Shown here one piece after another: positions 9,760-18,443 of a DNA stretch of 64,000 nt. Source of the stretch: Candidatus Moraniibacteriota bacterium (GTDB lineage: Bacteria > Patescibacteriota > Minisyncoccia > Moranbacterales > UBA1568). The translations under genes and the position numbers were made by a program. The notes below the pieces were generated by a model. The model was not told the origin of the DNA and searched no databases. It was given only the letters and a program-made list of their open reading frames with translations. The number at the start of each line of letters is the position of its first letter. Within the stretch, counting starts at the first letter, position 1. Location: positions 36,721-100,720 of the forward strand of contig CAVURJ010000002.1 in NCBI GenBank assembly GCA_963743885.1. Direction: 5' to 3'.

Positions 9760-10107
9760 TCAGACGATGGGTGCTTCGGATTCGGCGTCGTGGCAGCGGA
9801 GCGCGAGGATGCCGAGCGCTTCGGCGAGGTAGGCCTTGGCGACGAGATCTTCAAGCGTGCCGTTCTTGGCGGCCTCGATGATGGCTTTCAGGCTGCATAC
9901 TTCATGCTGGAGGCCATGATGAGCCGTCTCGAGGTGGCCGGCCGTGAATTCGTGCGTGACAAGGGTCGCAATGAGCCCCGTATCTTCCGGGAGCATTTTC
10001 CGGATGAAGTCGTCGAATTCCGGCGAGAAGAGGACGACATTTTTCGCGAATTCCACGAGCGCTTCGCATGCCAGCGTCTTCTCTTCAGGGGGTATGGTTC
10101 CGTTCAT
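9760..10107 (-). CDS. Hypothetical helical protein (orphan cassette)
   Basis: ATG at 10107 preceded by AAGGAG; terminator-like stem at 9705-9740. Confidence 0.65.
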   Translation of the reverse strand: MNGTIPPEEKTLACEALVEFAKNVVLFSPEFDDFIRKMLPEDTGLIATLVTHEFTAGHLETAHHGLQHEVCSLKAIIEAAKNGTLEDLVAKAYLAEALGILALRCHDAESEAPIV

Positions 10108-10199
10108 GACGGTCTCCTTTCGATTGCTTGCGGTGATGGTACCAGGCGAACGCGAATGGGATGGAGATGGTGCTGAGAACGAATATGAGTTCAAGCCAG

Positions 10200-10325
10200 T
10201 TATTCCCACTCATTGTTCGCTCCAGATTTCCAGTATGCGTACGCGTAGACGAGGCCGACGATGATGGTGGAAATGATGAGAAACTGGATGTAGCTGTTCG
10301 AGGGATCGATGTGGCTCGGGTCCAT
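10200..10325 (-). CDS. Small single-TM protein (41 aa)
   Basis: AAAGGAGG SD; MDPSHIDPSNSYIQFLIISTIIVGLVYAYAYWK; promoter TTGACA-17-TATTAT at 10405-10433. Confidence 0.6.
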   Translation of the reverse strand: MDPSHIDPSNSYIQFLIISTIIVGLVYAYAYWKSGANNEWE

Positions 10326-10441
10326 GATGGTAGCCTCCTTTTGGCTGGAAAGGTTGAAAAAACAGGGAAACACCTGTAGTATTGAGATGTTAAAGAATTG
10401 GCTTATAATACTGAAGATACAATATTTTGTCAACCTTACCT

Positions 10442-11878
10442 ATGGCCGAGAAGAAAAACGAAACATTCGAGAAACTGGTATCGCTTGCGAAGCGCCGTGG
10501 CTTCGTGTTCCCGTCGTCTGAGATCTATGGTGGTTTCGGAGCGATCTACGACTACGGCCATTATGGGACGCTCCTCAAGAACAACATCCGCGACCTGTGG
10601 TGGAAGGCTATGGTGCAGCTCCGCGATGATGTCGTGGGCCTGGATAGCGCCATCTTCATGCATCCGATGGCCTGGAAGGCTTCGGGCCATGTGGATGGCT
10701 TCAACGACCCACAGGTGGACTGCCGGCAGTGCAAGGCGCGTTTCCGGGCAGACCATCTGCTCGAAGAGTTTGGCATCGATGCTGACAAAGCGACTATTGA
10801 GTTCATCAACGCTGAGCTCGGCAAGCTGCGTGAGGCGGACAAGCTGAAATGCGCGAACTGCGGCTCGAAGGATCTGACTGATGCCAAGGTTTTCTCGCTC
10901 ATGGTGAAGTCCAATCTTGGATCACCGACCGAAGCGCTCTCTGAGGAGAATGTCGTGTATCTTCGCCCAGAGACTTGTGGTGGCATTTATCTCGAATACA
11001 AGAATACGGTGAACTCTGCTCGCGTGAAGTTGCCGTTTGGCATCGCGCAGGTCGGCAAGGCGTTTCGCAATGAGATCGTAGCGCGGCAGTTCATCTTCCG
11101 TACCCGCGAGTTCGAGCAGATGGAGATGCAGTACTTCCATCATCCTTCTATGACGAAGGAGAAGTACGAGGAATGGAAGGTGGCACGATGGGCATGGTAT
11201 GCGCTTCTCGGTATCCCGGAGAACAAGATCCGTTTTCACAAGCATGACAAGCTCGCGCACTATGCGTCCGAGGCGTATGACATCGAGTATGATTACGCGA
11301 GCCTCGGCGGCTTTAAGGAGGTAGAGGGCATCCACGCGCGTGGTGACTGGGATCTTTCGCAGCACAGCAAGTTCTCCGGCGAGGACCTCTCGTATTTCGA
11401 TGAGAAGGCGAATGAGCGTTTCATTCCGCACATCATGGAGACGTCTGTCGGTTTGGCGCGCCTTTTCCTCATGGTGCTTGATAATGCCTATACAGAGGAA
11501 GAAGTAAAAGAAGGGGATATCCGCACGGTCATGAAATTTCCGAAGGCGCTCGCGCCGGTCAAGGTCGCGGTTTTCCCGCTCCTCAAGAACAAACCTGAGC
11601 TCGTTGCGAAGGCGCGCGAGGTCTACGACGCACTCAAGCTCGAGTGGCAGTGTGAGTTCGATGATAATGGCAACGTGGGCAAGCGCTACCGCCGTCAGGA
11701 TGAGATCGGTACGCCATACTGCGTGACCATCGACTTCGATACTCTTGGTGACTCTTCGACAAGCTCAGAGCAAGAGAATCTCAAGGACACCGTCACCGTC
11801 CGCGATCGCGACACGATGGAGCAGGTCCGCATCCCGATCGCCGAGTTGAAAGAGTATCTTGCTAAGAATCTGAAATAA
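10442..11878 (+). CDS. glyQS: Glycine--tRNA ligase, homodimeric alpha2 type
   Basis: LAKRRGFVFPSSEIYGG, YLRPET, GKAFRNEI, FRTREFEQME and GKRYRRQDEIGTP. Confidence 0.97.
   Translation: MAEKKNETFEKLVSLAKRRGFVFPSSEIYGGFGAIYDYGHYGTLLKNNIRDLWWKAMVQLRDDVVGLDSAIFMHPMAWKASGHVDGFNDPQVDCRQCKARFRADHLLEEFGIDADKATIEFINAELGKLREADKLKCANCGSKDLTDAKVFSLMVKSNLGSPTEALSEENVVYLRPETCGGIYLEYKNTVNSARVKLPFGIAQVGKAFRNEIVARQFIFRTREFEQMEMQYFHHPSMTKEKYEEWKVARWAWYALLGIPENKIRFHKHDKLAHYASEAYDIEYDYASLGGFKEVEGIHARGDWDLSQHSKFSGEDLSYFDEKANERFIPHIMETSVGLARLFLMVLDNAYTEEEVKEGDIRTVMKFPKALAPVKVAVFPLLKNKPELVAKAREVYDALKLEWQCEFDDNGNVGKRYRRQDEIGTPYCVTIDFDTLGDSSTSSEQENLKDTVTVRDRDTMEQVRIPIAELKEYLAKNLK
11752..11770. repeat. REP-like palindrome inside glyQS
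   Basis: ctcttcgacaagctcagag, encoding SSTSSE in the loop after DFDTL; same family as 33862 and 27155. Confidence 0.65.
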
Positions 11879-11891
11879 ATCCGCACAGCGT

Positions 11892-12749
11892 ATGCCGTTT
11901 GAGTTTAAGTTTCTGCGTCCATCTCCGGAGGAAGAGCAGGAGATAAGAAAGCAGAATGAGGAAGTAAAGGAGAATCTAAGGGCACAGAATCCTGATCGGT
12001 TCACGTTGTTCGAGAAATTCCTTTCTTTTGACAAGAAAACCCTTCGTCTGTTGCCGCCTGGTCTGGAAGCGCGATATGTGGAACTTGGGGACGATTGGTT
12101 CAGTATATCTGATGCCTGTGATCGGATGGGTGGAGAAGAGAGATATCGAGAGCTTATTACCGATATCGAAGTTGCTATCGGCAAAAGAAGGGAAATAGTC
12201 GGTTCTTTGAAGAAGAGGATGGTAGAGGTCGGGCAGGATCGTTTGCGTGCATATTTCAATATGCATCAAGCAGAAGATGATGCGTATGAAAGAGGTCTAT
12301 TTGCAATGTTAGATGTATCCAAAGATCAGAGTGCCCTTGATAAGTATTCGTTCGAGCTGGTTGATAAGATACTGCAAGAAGTGGAAGCCGTCGATGTCGC
12401 AGTTGTAGACCAGTGGATTGAGGCTAAGAAGATTGCTGACAGGCAATCAGAGACAAAGCGGCTCAAAGCCGAGAAGACAAGAATACTGCAGTGGCTTCAG
12501 AAAATGTATGGCAAGGAATGGGATGTGATAGTGAAGTTGTGCCAGAAGCTTAATCTCGTGAAGGAAACTCCGAAGAACGGAGAGATGCTCAATCAGCTGC
12601 AGCCGCAAGAGCTTCTAGCCTTGGAGAAGCGGTTCCGCGATGTCGAGGATAAGTTTCGGGGATACGACATGCATTTGTATAGCAGCTCCGAAGAAGATTT
12701 GGAAACCGTCATAGAAGAGGTGCTACAATTGGCATCCGAGCAGCTGTAG
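11892..12749 (+). CDS. Hypothetical charged helical protein
   Basis: 285-aa ORF filling the gap; no motif recognised. Confidence 0.75.
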   Translation: MPFEFKFLRPSPEEEQEIRKQNEEVKENLRAQNPDRFTLFEKFLSFDKKTLRLLPPGLEARYVELGDDWFSISDACDRMGGEERYRELITDIEVAIGKRREIVGSLKKRMVEVGQDRLRAYFNMHQAEDDAYERGLFAMLDVSKDQSALDKYSFELVDKILQEVEAVDVAVVDQWIEAKKIADRQSETKRLKAEKTRILQWLQKMYGKEWDVIVKLCQKLNLVKETPKNGEMLNQLQPQELLALEKRFRDVEDKFRGYDMHLYSSSEEDLETVIEEVLQLASEQL

Positions 12750-12766
12750 TGATAATTTAAAATTAC

Positions 12767-13087
12767 ATGTCTGAAAAAGTAAAATTGGTTGTTTTTGTTC
12801 CTCTCTCACATGCGGATGCTGTCAGGCAGGCGCTTGGGGAAGCGGGTGCTGGGAAGATCGGTAATTATGATTTCTGTTCGTTCTCATCCAGAGGTACTGG
12901 ACGCTATCGTGGGAATGAACAATCGAATCCAGTCATTGGTATGGCGGGAAAACACGAGTCAGTCGAGGAAGAAAGAATAGAAACTGTCGTGCCGCGAAGT
13001 ATTTTGAAGGAAGTAATCGAGAAAATGAAAGCAGCACATCCGTACGAAGAAGTTGCATTTGATATATATCCGCTCGAAGAAATCTGA
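12767..13087 (+). CDS. NIF3/YqfO-like small protein (stand-alone PII-like domain)
   Basis: KLVVFVP, GAGKIGNYDFCSF and HPYEEVAFDIYPL. Confidence 0.9.
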   Translation: MSEKVKLVVFVPLSHADAVRQALGEAGAGKIGNYDFCSFSSRGTGRYRGNEQSNPVIGMAGKHESVEEERIETVVPRSILKEVIEKMKAAHPYEEVAFDIYPLEEI

Positions 13088-13089
13088 TT

Positions 13090-13122
13090 CTCTAGATTCA
13101 AGATTCTAAATTCCATATTCTA
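13090..13122. repeat. Heptamer arm (ATTCTAR type, family C)
   Basis: tagattc aagattc taaattc catattc. Confidence 0.7.
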
Positions 13123-13127
13123 CTAAA

Positions 13128-14396
13128 ATGAAATACCAGAAATACACCCTAAAGAGCGGGCTGCGGGTCATCCTCGCGCCGATGCAGGAGACGGAGACGG
13201 CAACGGTCATTGTGATGACCGGCGTGGGATCGCGCTATGAGACGGAGCAGGAGAACGGCCTCGCTCACTTCCTCGAGCACATGATGTTCAAGGGGACGGA
13301 GCGTCGCCCCAATACCTTCGATATCTCGCGCGAGCTCGATGCAATCGGTGCTGAGTACAACGCCTATACCGCCAAGGACCACACCGCCTACTATGCCAAA
13401 GTCGAGGCGCACCACTGGGGGACCGCGCTCGATGTCGTGTCCGATATCTTCCTTCATTCAAAACTGCCACAAGACGAGATTGATCGCGAGAAGGGGACTA
13501 TCCTCCAAGAGATCAACATGTATGAGGATATGCCGGCGCGCCGCGTAGGCGAGCATTTTGAGAAGCTCCTCTATGGTGAGCAGCCGCTCGGCCGGGAGAT
13601 CCTGGGACCGAAGGAGAATATTAAGCGGTTCAAGCGCGCGGACTTTATCAAGTATCTGAATCGCGGTTATACCGCGGAGAATGTCGTCGTGGGTGTGGCG
13701 GGCAAGATCGACAAGAAGAAGGTGATGAAGGAGATCGAGCGGCACTTCGCGGGCATCCGGACGGGAAAGCGCCCGGCTTTCAAGAAGGTGAAGCAGGTCC
13801 AGGCGAAGCCGGGGGTCTCGGTGTATGCCAAGAAGACCGATCAGACGCATCTTCTCCTCGGCGTGCGGGCGTATGATATGGATCACAAGGATCGGTTTGC
13901 GCTTGCGGTGCTCTCGAATATCTTGGGTGGCAATATGTCATCCCGTCTCTTCATCGAAGTGCGCGAGCGGCGCGGACTGGCCTATCATGTCTCGACATCC
14001 GTCGATACGTACCATGATGCCGGTTATCTGGCGACGCAGTGCGGTGTGGAACATGAGAACTTTGAGAAGGCGCTTACAGTCATCCTTGACGAATACAAGA
14101 AGATTGCGACTGAGCAAGTGAGTGCTGAAGAGCTCTCTCGCGCGAAGGAGAATATCAAGGGGCATTTCGCGCTTGGCCTCGAAGGGTCGGATGATATTGT
14201 CGGCTATCTGGTGACGCAGGAGACCTTGCGTCATGAGATCATCTTGCCGAAGGAACGCATGAAGGCGATCGACAAGGTGACAGCGGACGATGTGCTCCGC
14301 GTGGCGAAGGATATCTTTGTGAACAAAAAGCTGAACTTAGCCGTCATTGGTCCGCGTGTTAATGAAAAGAGGCTGGAAAAATTGCTTTCGTTATGA
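13128..14396 (+). CDS. M16-family zinc peptidase
   Basis: GLAHFLEHMMFKGT (HxxEH), NAYT and SSRLFIEVRERRGLAY. Confidence 0.95.
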   Translation: MKYQKYTLKSGLRVILAPMQETETATVIVMTGVGSRYETEQENGLAHFLEHMMFKGTERRPNTFDISRELDAIGAEYNAYTAKDHTAYYAKVEAHHWGTALDVVSDIFLHSKLPQDEIDREKGTILQEINMYEDMPARRVGEHFEKLLYGEQPLGREILGPKENIKRFKRADFIKYLNRGYTAENVVVGVAGKIDKKKVMKEIERHFAGIRTGKRPAFKKVKQVQAKPGVSVYAKKTDQTHLLLGVRAYDMDHKDRFALAVLSNILGGNMSSRLFIEVRERRGLAYHVSTSVDTYHDAGYLATQCGVEHENFEKALTVILDEYKKIATEQVSAEELSRAKENIKGHFALGLEGSDDIVGYLVTQETLRHEIILPKERMKAIDKVTADDVLRVAKDIFVNKKLNLAVIGPRVNEKRLEKLLSL

Positions 14397-14400
14397 AGCA

Positions 14401-14528
14401 CCAAATTCAAAATTACAAGCTCCAAATAAATCTTAAACTCAAAATTCAAATTCTTGATCCCAGTTTTGTTTTTTGGATTTGATTATTTTGAAATTATTTG
14501 GAAATTGAGATTTTGAATTTTGGATTTG
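14401..14528. repeat. Family A element of about 130 bp, imperfect inverted repeat, copy 1
   Basis: caaaattacaagctccaaataaat ... ttatttggaaattgagattttg. Confidence 0.9.
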
Positions 14529-14536
14529 AAAAAGAT

Positions 14537-15562
14537 ATGTCTATGAACGAGCAAGTGAATATCGGGACGAAGATAGCCTTGCGGCTGGCTCTTTTGGCTG
14601 TGGCGGCCTATGTGCTCTATCTCGTCCGTGATGTCGTGCTCGTCGTACTGTTTGCTATTCTGACGGCGGCGGCGCTCTCGCCAATGATTGCCAAGCTGCG
14701 GAAGTGGGGACTGTCCCGCACTGGCGCCGTGATCATCACGTATGCCGTCGTGCTTTTGGGTGGCATCGCGCTCATCTCTGTATTCCTTCCGCTCTTCTTT
14801 TCGGAAGTGAAGAATTTCCTCGCGAACTGGCCAGAGTATACCAAGCGTCTTGATGTATTCTTCTCGGGCATCCAATCATATCTCTCGGCTATTGGTATCG
14901 ATTTTCAGAAGGACCAGCTGTTCCTGGATATCGAGAAAAATATCGCGACCGGGTTTTCGGGCATTTTCACAACGACATTCAATCTGTTCCAGAGCTTCAT
15001 CCATCTGATCGGATTCTTCTTCCTCGCACTCTACCTTTCGCTCGAGGAGAAAGGTATTGAGAAGACATTCCTCATGCTGACGCCGGAAGAATATCATGCG
15101 CATGCCCTCTCCATCGCTTCGCGCATGCAGGGCAAGGTGAGCCAGTGGCTTTTTGGTCAGGCGATCCTTATGCTTATCGCTTTCGCTATGTACTATATCG
15201 GACTCCTCATCCTCGGCGTGCCGTATGCGCTCGCCATCGCCTTTTTCGGTGGTGTGATGGAGATCCTGCCGTATATTGGACCGGTGCTCGCCGCCATCCC
15301 GGCGGTGCTCGTCGGGCTGCTTGTGTCACCATCGCTCGCGATGCTTTCGCTCCTCTTCTATCTCATCGCCCACCAGGTGGAGGCACATATCGTGGCGCCG
15401 CAGGTGATGAAACATTCGGCGGGCCTGAGCCCGGTGGTGCTTATCGTCGCTATCCTGATTGGTGCGGAGCTCGCTGGCGCGCTCGGCATCATACTGGCCG
15501 TCCCGACCGCAATGATCCTCTCGGTATTTGTGGAAGACATGCTCGTCAAACGGGAGGTTTGA
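14537..15562 (+). CDS. AI-2E (PerM-like) family transporter
   Basis: Multi-TM protein with LPYIGP, Q.EAHIV.P and G.LGIILAVP motifs; start placed after the repeat. Confidence 0.92.
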   Translation: MSMNEQVNIGTKIALRLALLAVAAYVLYLVRDVVLVVLFAILTAAALSPMIAKLRKWGLSRTGAVIITYAVVLLGGIALISVFLPLFFSEVKNFLANWPEYTKRLDVFFSGIQSYLSAIGIDFQKDQLFLDIEKNIATGFSGIFTTTFNLFQSFIHLIGFFFLALYLSLEEKGIEKTFLMLTPEEYHAHALSIASRMQGKVSQWLFGQAILMLIAFAMYYIGLLILGVPYALAIAFFGGVMEILPYIGPVLAAIPAVLVGLLVSPSLAMLSLLFYLIAHQVEAHIVAPQVMKHSAGLSPVVLIVAILIGAELAGALGIILAVPTAMILSVFVEDMLVKREV

Positions 15563-15570
15563 CTACACTA

Positions 15571-15697
15571 AATCAAAAATTCAAAATTACAAGCTCCAAA
15601 TAAATCTCAAATCATAATTTCAAAACAGAAAACCGGCGATTTTTGGATTTTGAACATTAGAATTTATTTGGAAATTGAGATTTTGAGTTTTGAATTT
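15571..15697. repeat. Family A element, copy 2
   Basis: Same arms as 14401-14528. Confidence 0.9.
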
Positions 15698-15706
15698 AAA
15701 ATAGTT

Positions 15707-16381
15707 ATGAAAGAATCTGGTACTCTCTATATCGTTGCTACTCCGATAGGGAATCTCGGTGACGTTACATTACGGGCGCTTGAGACGCTCAAGATCGTCG
15801 ATGCAGTGCTTTCCGAGGATACACGCGTGGCTGGAAAGCTTCTCATGCATTTCGAGATCAAGAAGACGCTTATCTCGTGCCATGAGCATACAGATGAGGG
15901 CAAGCTCGCCGATCTCGTCGCACGCATGGTCGCTGGCGGGTGCTTTGCCTTTGTGTCTGACGCTGGGACGCCGGGACTCTCCGATCCGGGCAATCGGCTG
16001 GTCGCGATGGCGACGGAAGCTGGTATCCGCGTCGTGCCGATCCCGGGTGTGTCCGCGCTCGCTGCCATGGTATCGGTCGCTGGCATCGATATGCGCGAGT
16101 TCATGTTTCTCGGATTCCCGCCGCACAAGAAGGGCCGCGAGACATTTTTTAAGAAAGTGGCCGCCGCTGATATGCCAGTCATTTATTACGAGTCTGTGCA
16201 TCGCGTCGTGAAAAATCTGGAACTTCTAGAATCAATCGCACCCGAGAAGCGCGTCATCCTCGGTCGCGAGCTGACCAAGATGTTTGAGGAGGTCCGCCGT
16301 GGTACGGTCGGTGATATCCGCGCACACTATTGCGAGCACGAGAGCACGGTGAAGGGGGAGTTTGTTATTATAATCCATTAA
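15707..16381 (+). CDS. rsmI: 16S rRNA (cytidine-1402-2'-O)-methyltransferase
   Basis: LYIVATPIGNLGD, EDTR, SDAGTPGLSDPG, RELTK and KGEFV. Confidence 0.97.
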   Translation: MKESGTLYIVATPIGNLGDVTLRALETLKIVDAVLSEDTRVAGKLLMHFEIKKTLISCHEHTDEGKLADLVARMVAGGCFAFVSDAGTPGLSDPGNRLVAMATEAGIRVVPIPGVSALAAMVSVAGIDMREFMFLGFPPHKKGRETFFKKVAAADMPVIYYESVHRVVKNLELLESIAPEKRVILGRELTKMFEEVRRGTVGDIRAHYCEHESTVKGEFVIIIH

Positions 16382-16384
16382 TCT

Positions 16385-16455
16385 GTTAACGGGTTCACGA
16401 GTTAACGGGTTATCGGAAAGAAAACCTGGATCCCGGCTCGAAGGCCGGGATGACA
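16385..16455. repeat. Octamer arm (GTTAACGR, family B) followed by a REP-like hairpin
   Basis: gttaacgg gttcacga gttaacgg gttatcgg; then ggatcccggc..gccgggatgaca. Confidence 0.75.
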
Positions 16456-16535
16456 GAAAGAGAAGATGTTTTTTGGAAAAATGAAAAGCCCAGAGGTCGT
16501 TTGACGTGGGCTTTTGGTTCCGGTTGACGCGTTGG

Positions 16536-16703
16536 TCAGAACGGAAAGGTTGGGAGGATGGCTTCGGCAAGGTATCCGCCGGCGACCATCAGAAGGATGA
16601 CGAGGGCGAGACCGCCGAATGCTGCGAGCGGAGCCGGAATGTCCTCAAGCGAAAGGGCACGAGGACGATTGAGCGAACCCCAACTGCTGCCATGATTGTT
16701 CAT
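16536..16703 (-). CDS. Small single-TM protein (55 aa), absent from the ORF track
   Basis: MNNHGSSWGSLNRPRALSLEDIPAPLAAFGGLALVILLMVAGGYLAEAILPTFPF; GGAG SD; promoter TTGACT-17-TATAAT at 16740-16768; terminator at about 16484-16515. Confidence 0.7.
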   Translation of the reverse strand: MNNHGSSWGSLNRPRALSLEDIPAPLAAFGGLALVILLMVAGGYLAEAILPTFPF

Positions 16704-16774
16704 GCTATACTCCCAGTAGGTTGAAATGTACTAATGTGTATTATACACCTAAAAATAGATAAAGTCAAGGGCGT

Positions 16775-18235
16775 ATGACTGAAAATACCGAAAACAAGCC
16801 TTTTTATATCACGACGACGCTGCCGTATGTGAACGGCAAGCCGCATGTCGGCTATGCCATGGAAATCATCCAGGCGGACGTCATTGCCCGGTTCCATCGG
16901 CTAGCCGGGGATGAGGTGGTCTTCAATATCGGGACGGATGAGCATGGGCAGAAGATCTATCAGAAGGCGGCCGAGCTCGGCCAGACGCCGCAGGAGTACT
17001 GTGACGCGATGTCGGAGCATTTCCGGGCGCTTCGTGATCTGCTCGGGGTGAGCTTCACACACTTCGTCCGGACGACGGATGAGCATCATATCGCGGCGGC
17101 CCAGGTGTTCTGGCAGCGCTGCGCGGACAATGGAGACATCTATAAGAAGCAGTACCAGGTGAAGTACTGTGTGGGTTGCGAGCTTGAGAAGACGGATTCT
17201 GATCTTGATCATGGCAAGTGTCCGGATCATCCGAACATGGAGCTTGAGTTGATCGATGAAGAGAATTATTTCTTCCGGTTCTCGAAGTACCAGCAGCCGC
17301 TCCTCGATCTCTATGCAGCGCGGCCGGATTTCGTCGTGCCGAGCAATCGGCTGGTAGAGATCAGGAACTTCGTTGAAAAAGGATTGCAGGACTTCAGTAT
17401 CTCGCGTGTGAGAGAGAAGATGCCGTGGGGGATCGCGGTGCCAGGTGATGACAGTCAGGTGATGTATGTCTGGTTCGATGCGCTTGCGAACTACATCACG
17501 ACGCTCGGCTGGCCGGAGAACGAGGCGGACTTCGCGAAATTTTGGCCGGGGACCCAGATCGCCGGCAAGGACAACCTGCGCCAGCAGTCGGCCATGTGGC
17601 AGGCGATGTTGCTTTCCGCTGGTCTTGAGCCGTCGCGGCAGATCCTGATCCATGGGCATATCCTTTCTGCTGGACAGAAGATGTCGAAGAGTCTCGGCAA
17701 CGTAATCGCGCCGGAGGAGCTGACGGAAAAATTCGGTACCGATGGGACGCGCTACCTTCTGCTCGCTTCGGGCAACCTTGAGAGCGATGCTGACATCACG
17801 ATGGAACGTCTGGCGGAGCAGTACAATGCGCATCTCGCCAACGGACTCGGCAATCTCGTGTCGCGGGTGATGAAGCTTTCGGAGAAAATCAGTGAACAGT
17901 CAGCAGCTAACAGTCAGCAAGATGCTGAGAGTACCGAAGGCGAGAAAGTGTTGCTTGATAGCGTGGCAGGATTCATCAGCGAGTATCGTTTCGCTGATGC
18001 ACTCGGCAGGATATGGGAGGTGGTGCGCGAGGCCAACCGCTTCATCGATGAAGAGAAGCCGTGGGAGCTTGTGAAGACCGATCAGGTGAGATTTGATGCG
18101 GTCATGCGGCAGCTTCTGGCCAATATTGCGCTTATCGAAGTGGCACTCCAGCCGCTCCTGCCCGGGACAGCCGAGAAGATCAACCAGGCGCTCGCAACCG
18201 GTGTGACGGAGCCGTTGTTTAAACGTATCGCATAG
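16775..18235 (+). CDS. metG: Methionine--tRNA ligase (short form)
   Basis: YITTTLPYVNG.PHVGY, GTDEHGQKI, YVWFDAL and KMSKSLGN. Confidence 0.97.
   Translation: MTENTENKPFYITTTLPYVNGKPHVGYAMEIIQADVIARFHRLAGDEVVFNIGTDEHGQKIYQKAAELGQTPQEYCDAMSEHFRALRDLLGVSFTHFVRTTDEHHIAAAQVFWQRCADNGDIYKKQYQVKYCVGCELEKTDSDLDHGKCPDHPNMELELIDEENYFFRFSKYQQPLLDLYAARPDFVVPSNRLVEIRNFVEKGLQDFSISRVREKMPWGIAVPGDDSQVMYVWFDALANYITTLGWPENEADFAKFWPGTQIAGKDNLRQQSAMWQAMLLSAGLEPSRQILIHGHILSAGQKMSKSLGNVIAPEELTEKFGTDGTRYLLLASGNLESDADITMERLAEQYNAHLANGLGNLVSRVMKLSEKISEQSAANSQQDAESTEGEKVLLDSVAGFISEYRFADALGRIWEVVREANRFIDEEKPWELVKTDQVRFDAVMRQLLANIALIEVALQPLLPGTAEKINQALATGVTEPLFKRIA
17890..17920 (+). repeat. In-frame heptamer array in metG
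   Basis: cagtgaa cagtcag cagctaa cagtcag, encoding SEQSAANSQQ. Confidence 0.75.
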
Positions 18236-18254
18236 CTTTTTTTGCTGTATCAAT

Positions 18255-18443
18255 ATGGGAAACGTCTCACTCGATGAAAATGCTGCTCTTGAACGGGAGA
18301 TATCCGATGCGACTGAGGAATTTGTTCGCGATATGGAGCAGATACGGAAGCGGCGTGAAGAACTTCTGGCATCCTGGATGAAGGCAGCAGATGAGAGGCG
18401 GCAGCATGAGATAACAGAGAAGATATATGGCAAAGAATCCTGA
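18255..18443 (+). CDS. Small coiled-coil hypothetical protein
   Basis: 62-aa ORF coupled to the next gene. Confidence 0.6.
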   Translation: MGNVSLDENAALEREISDATEEFVRDMEQIRKRREELLASWMKAADERRQHEITEKIYGKES

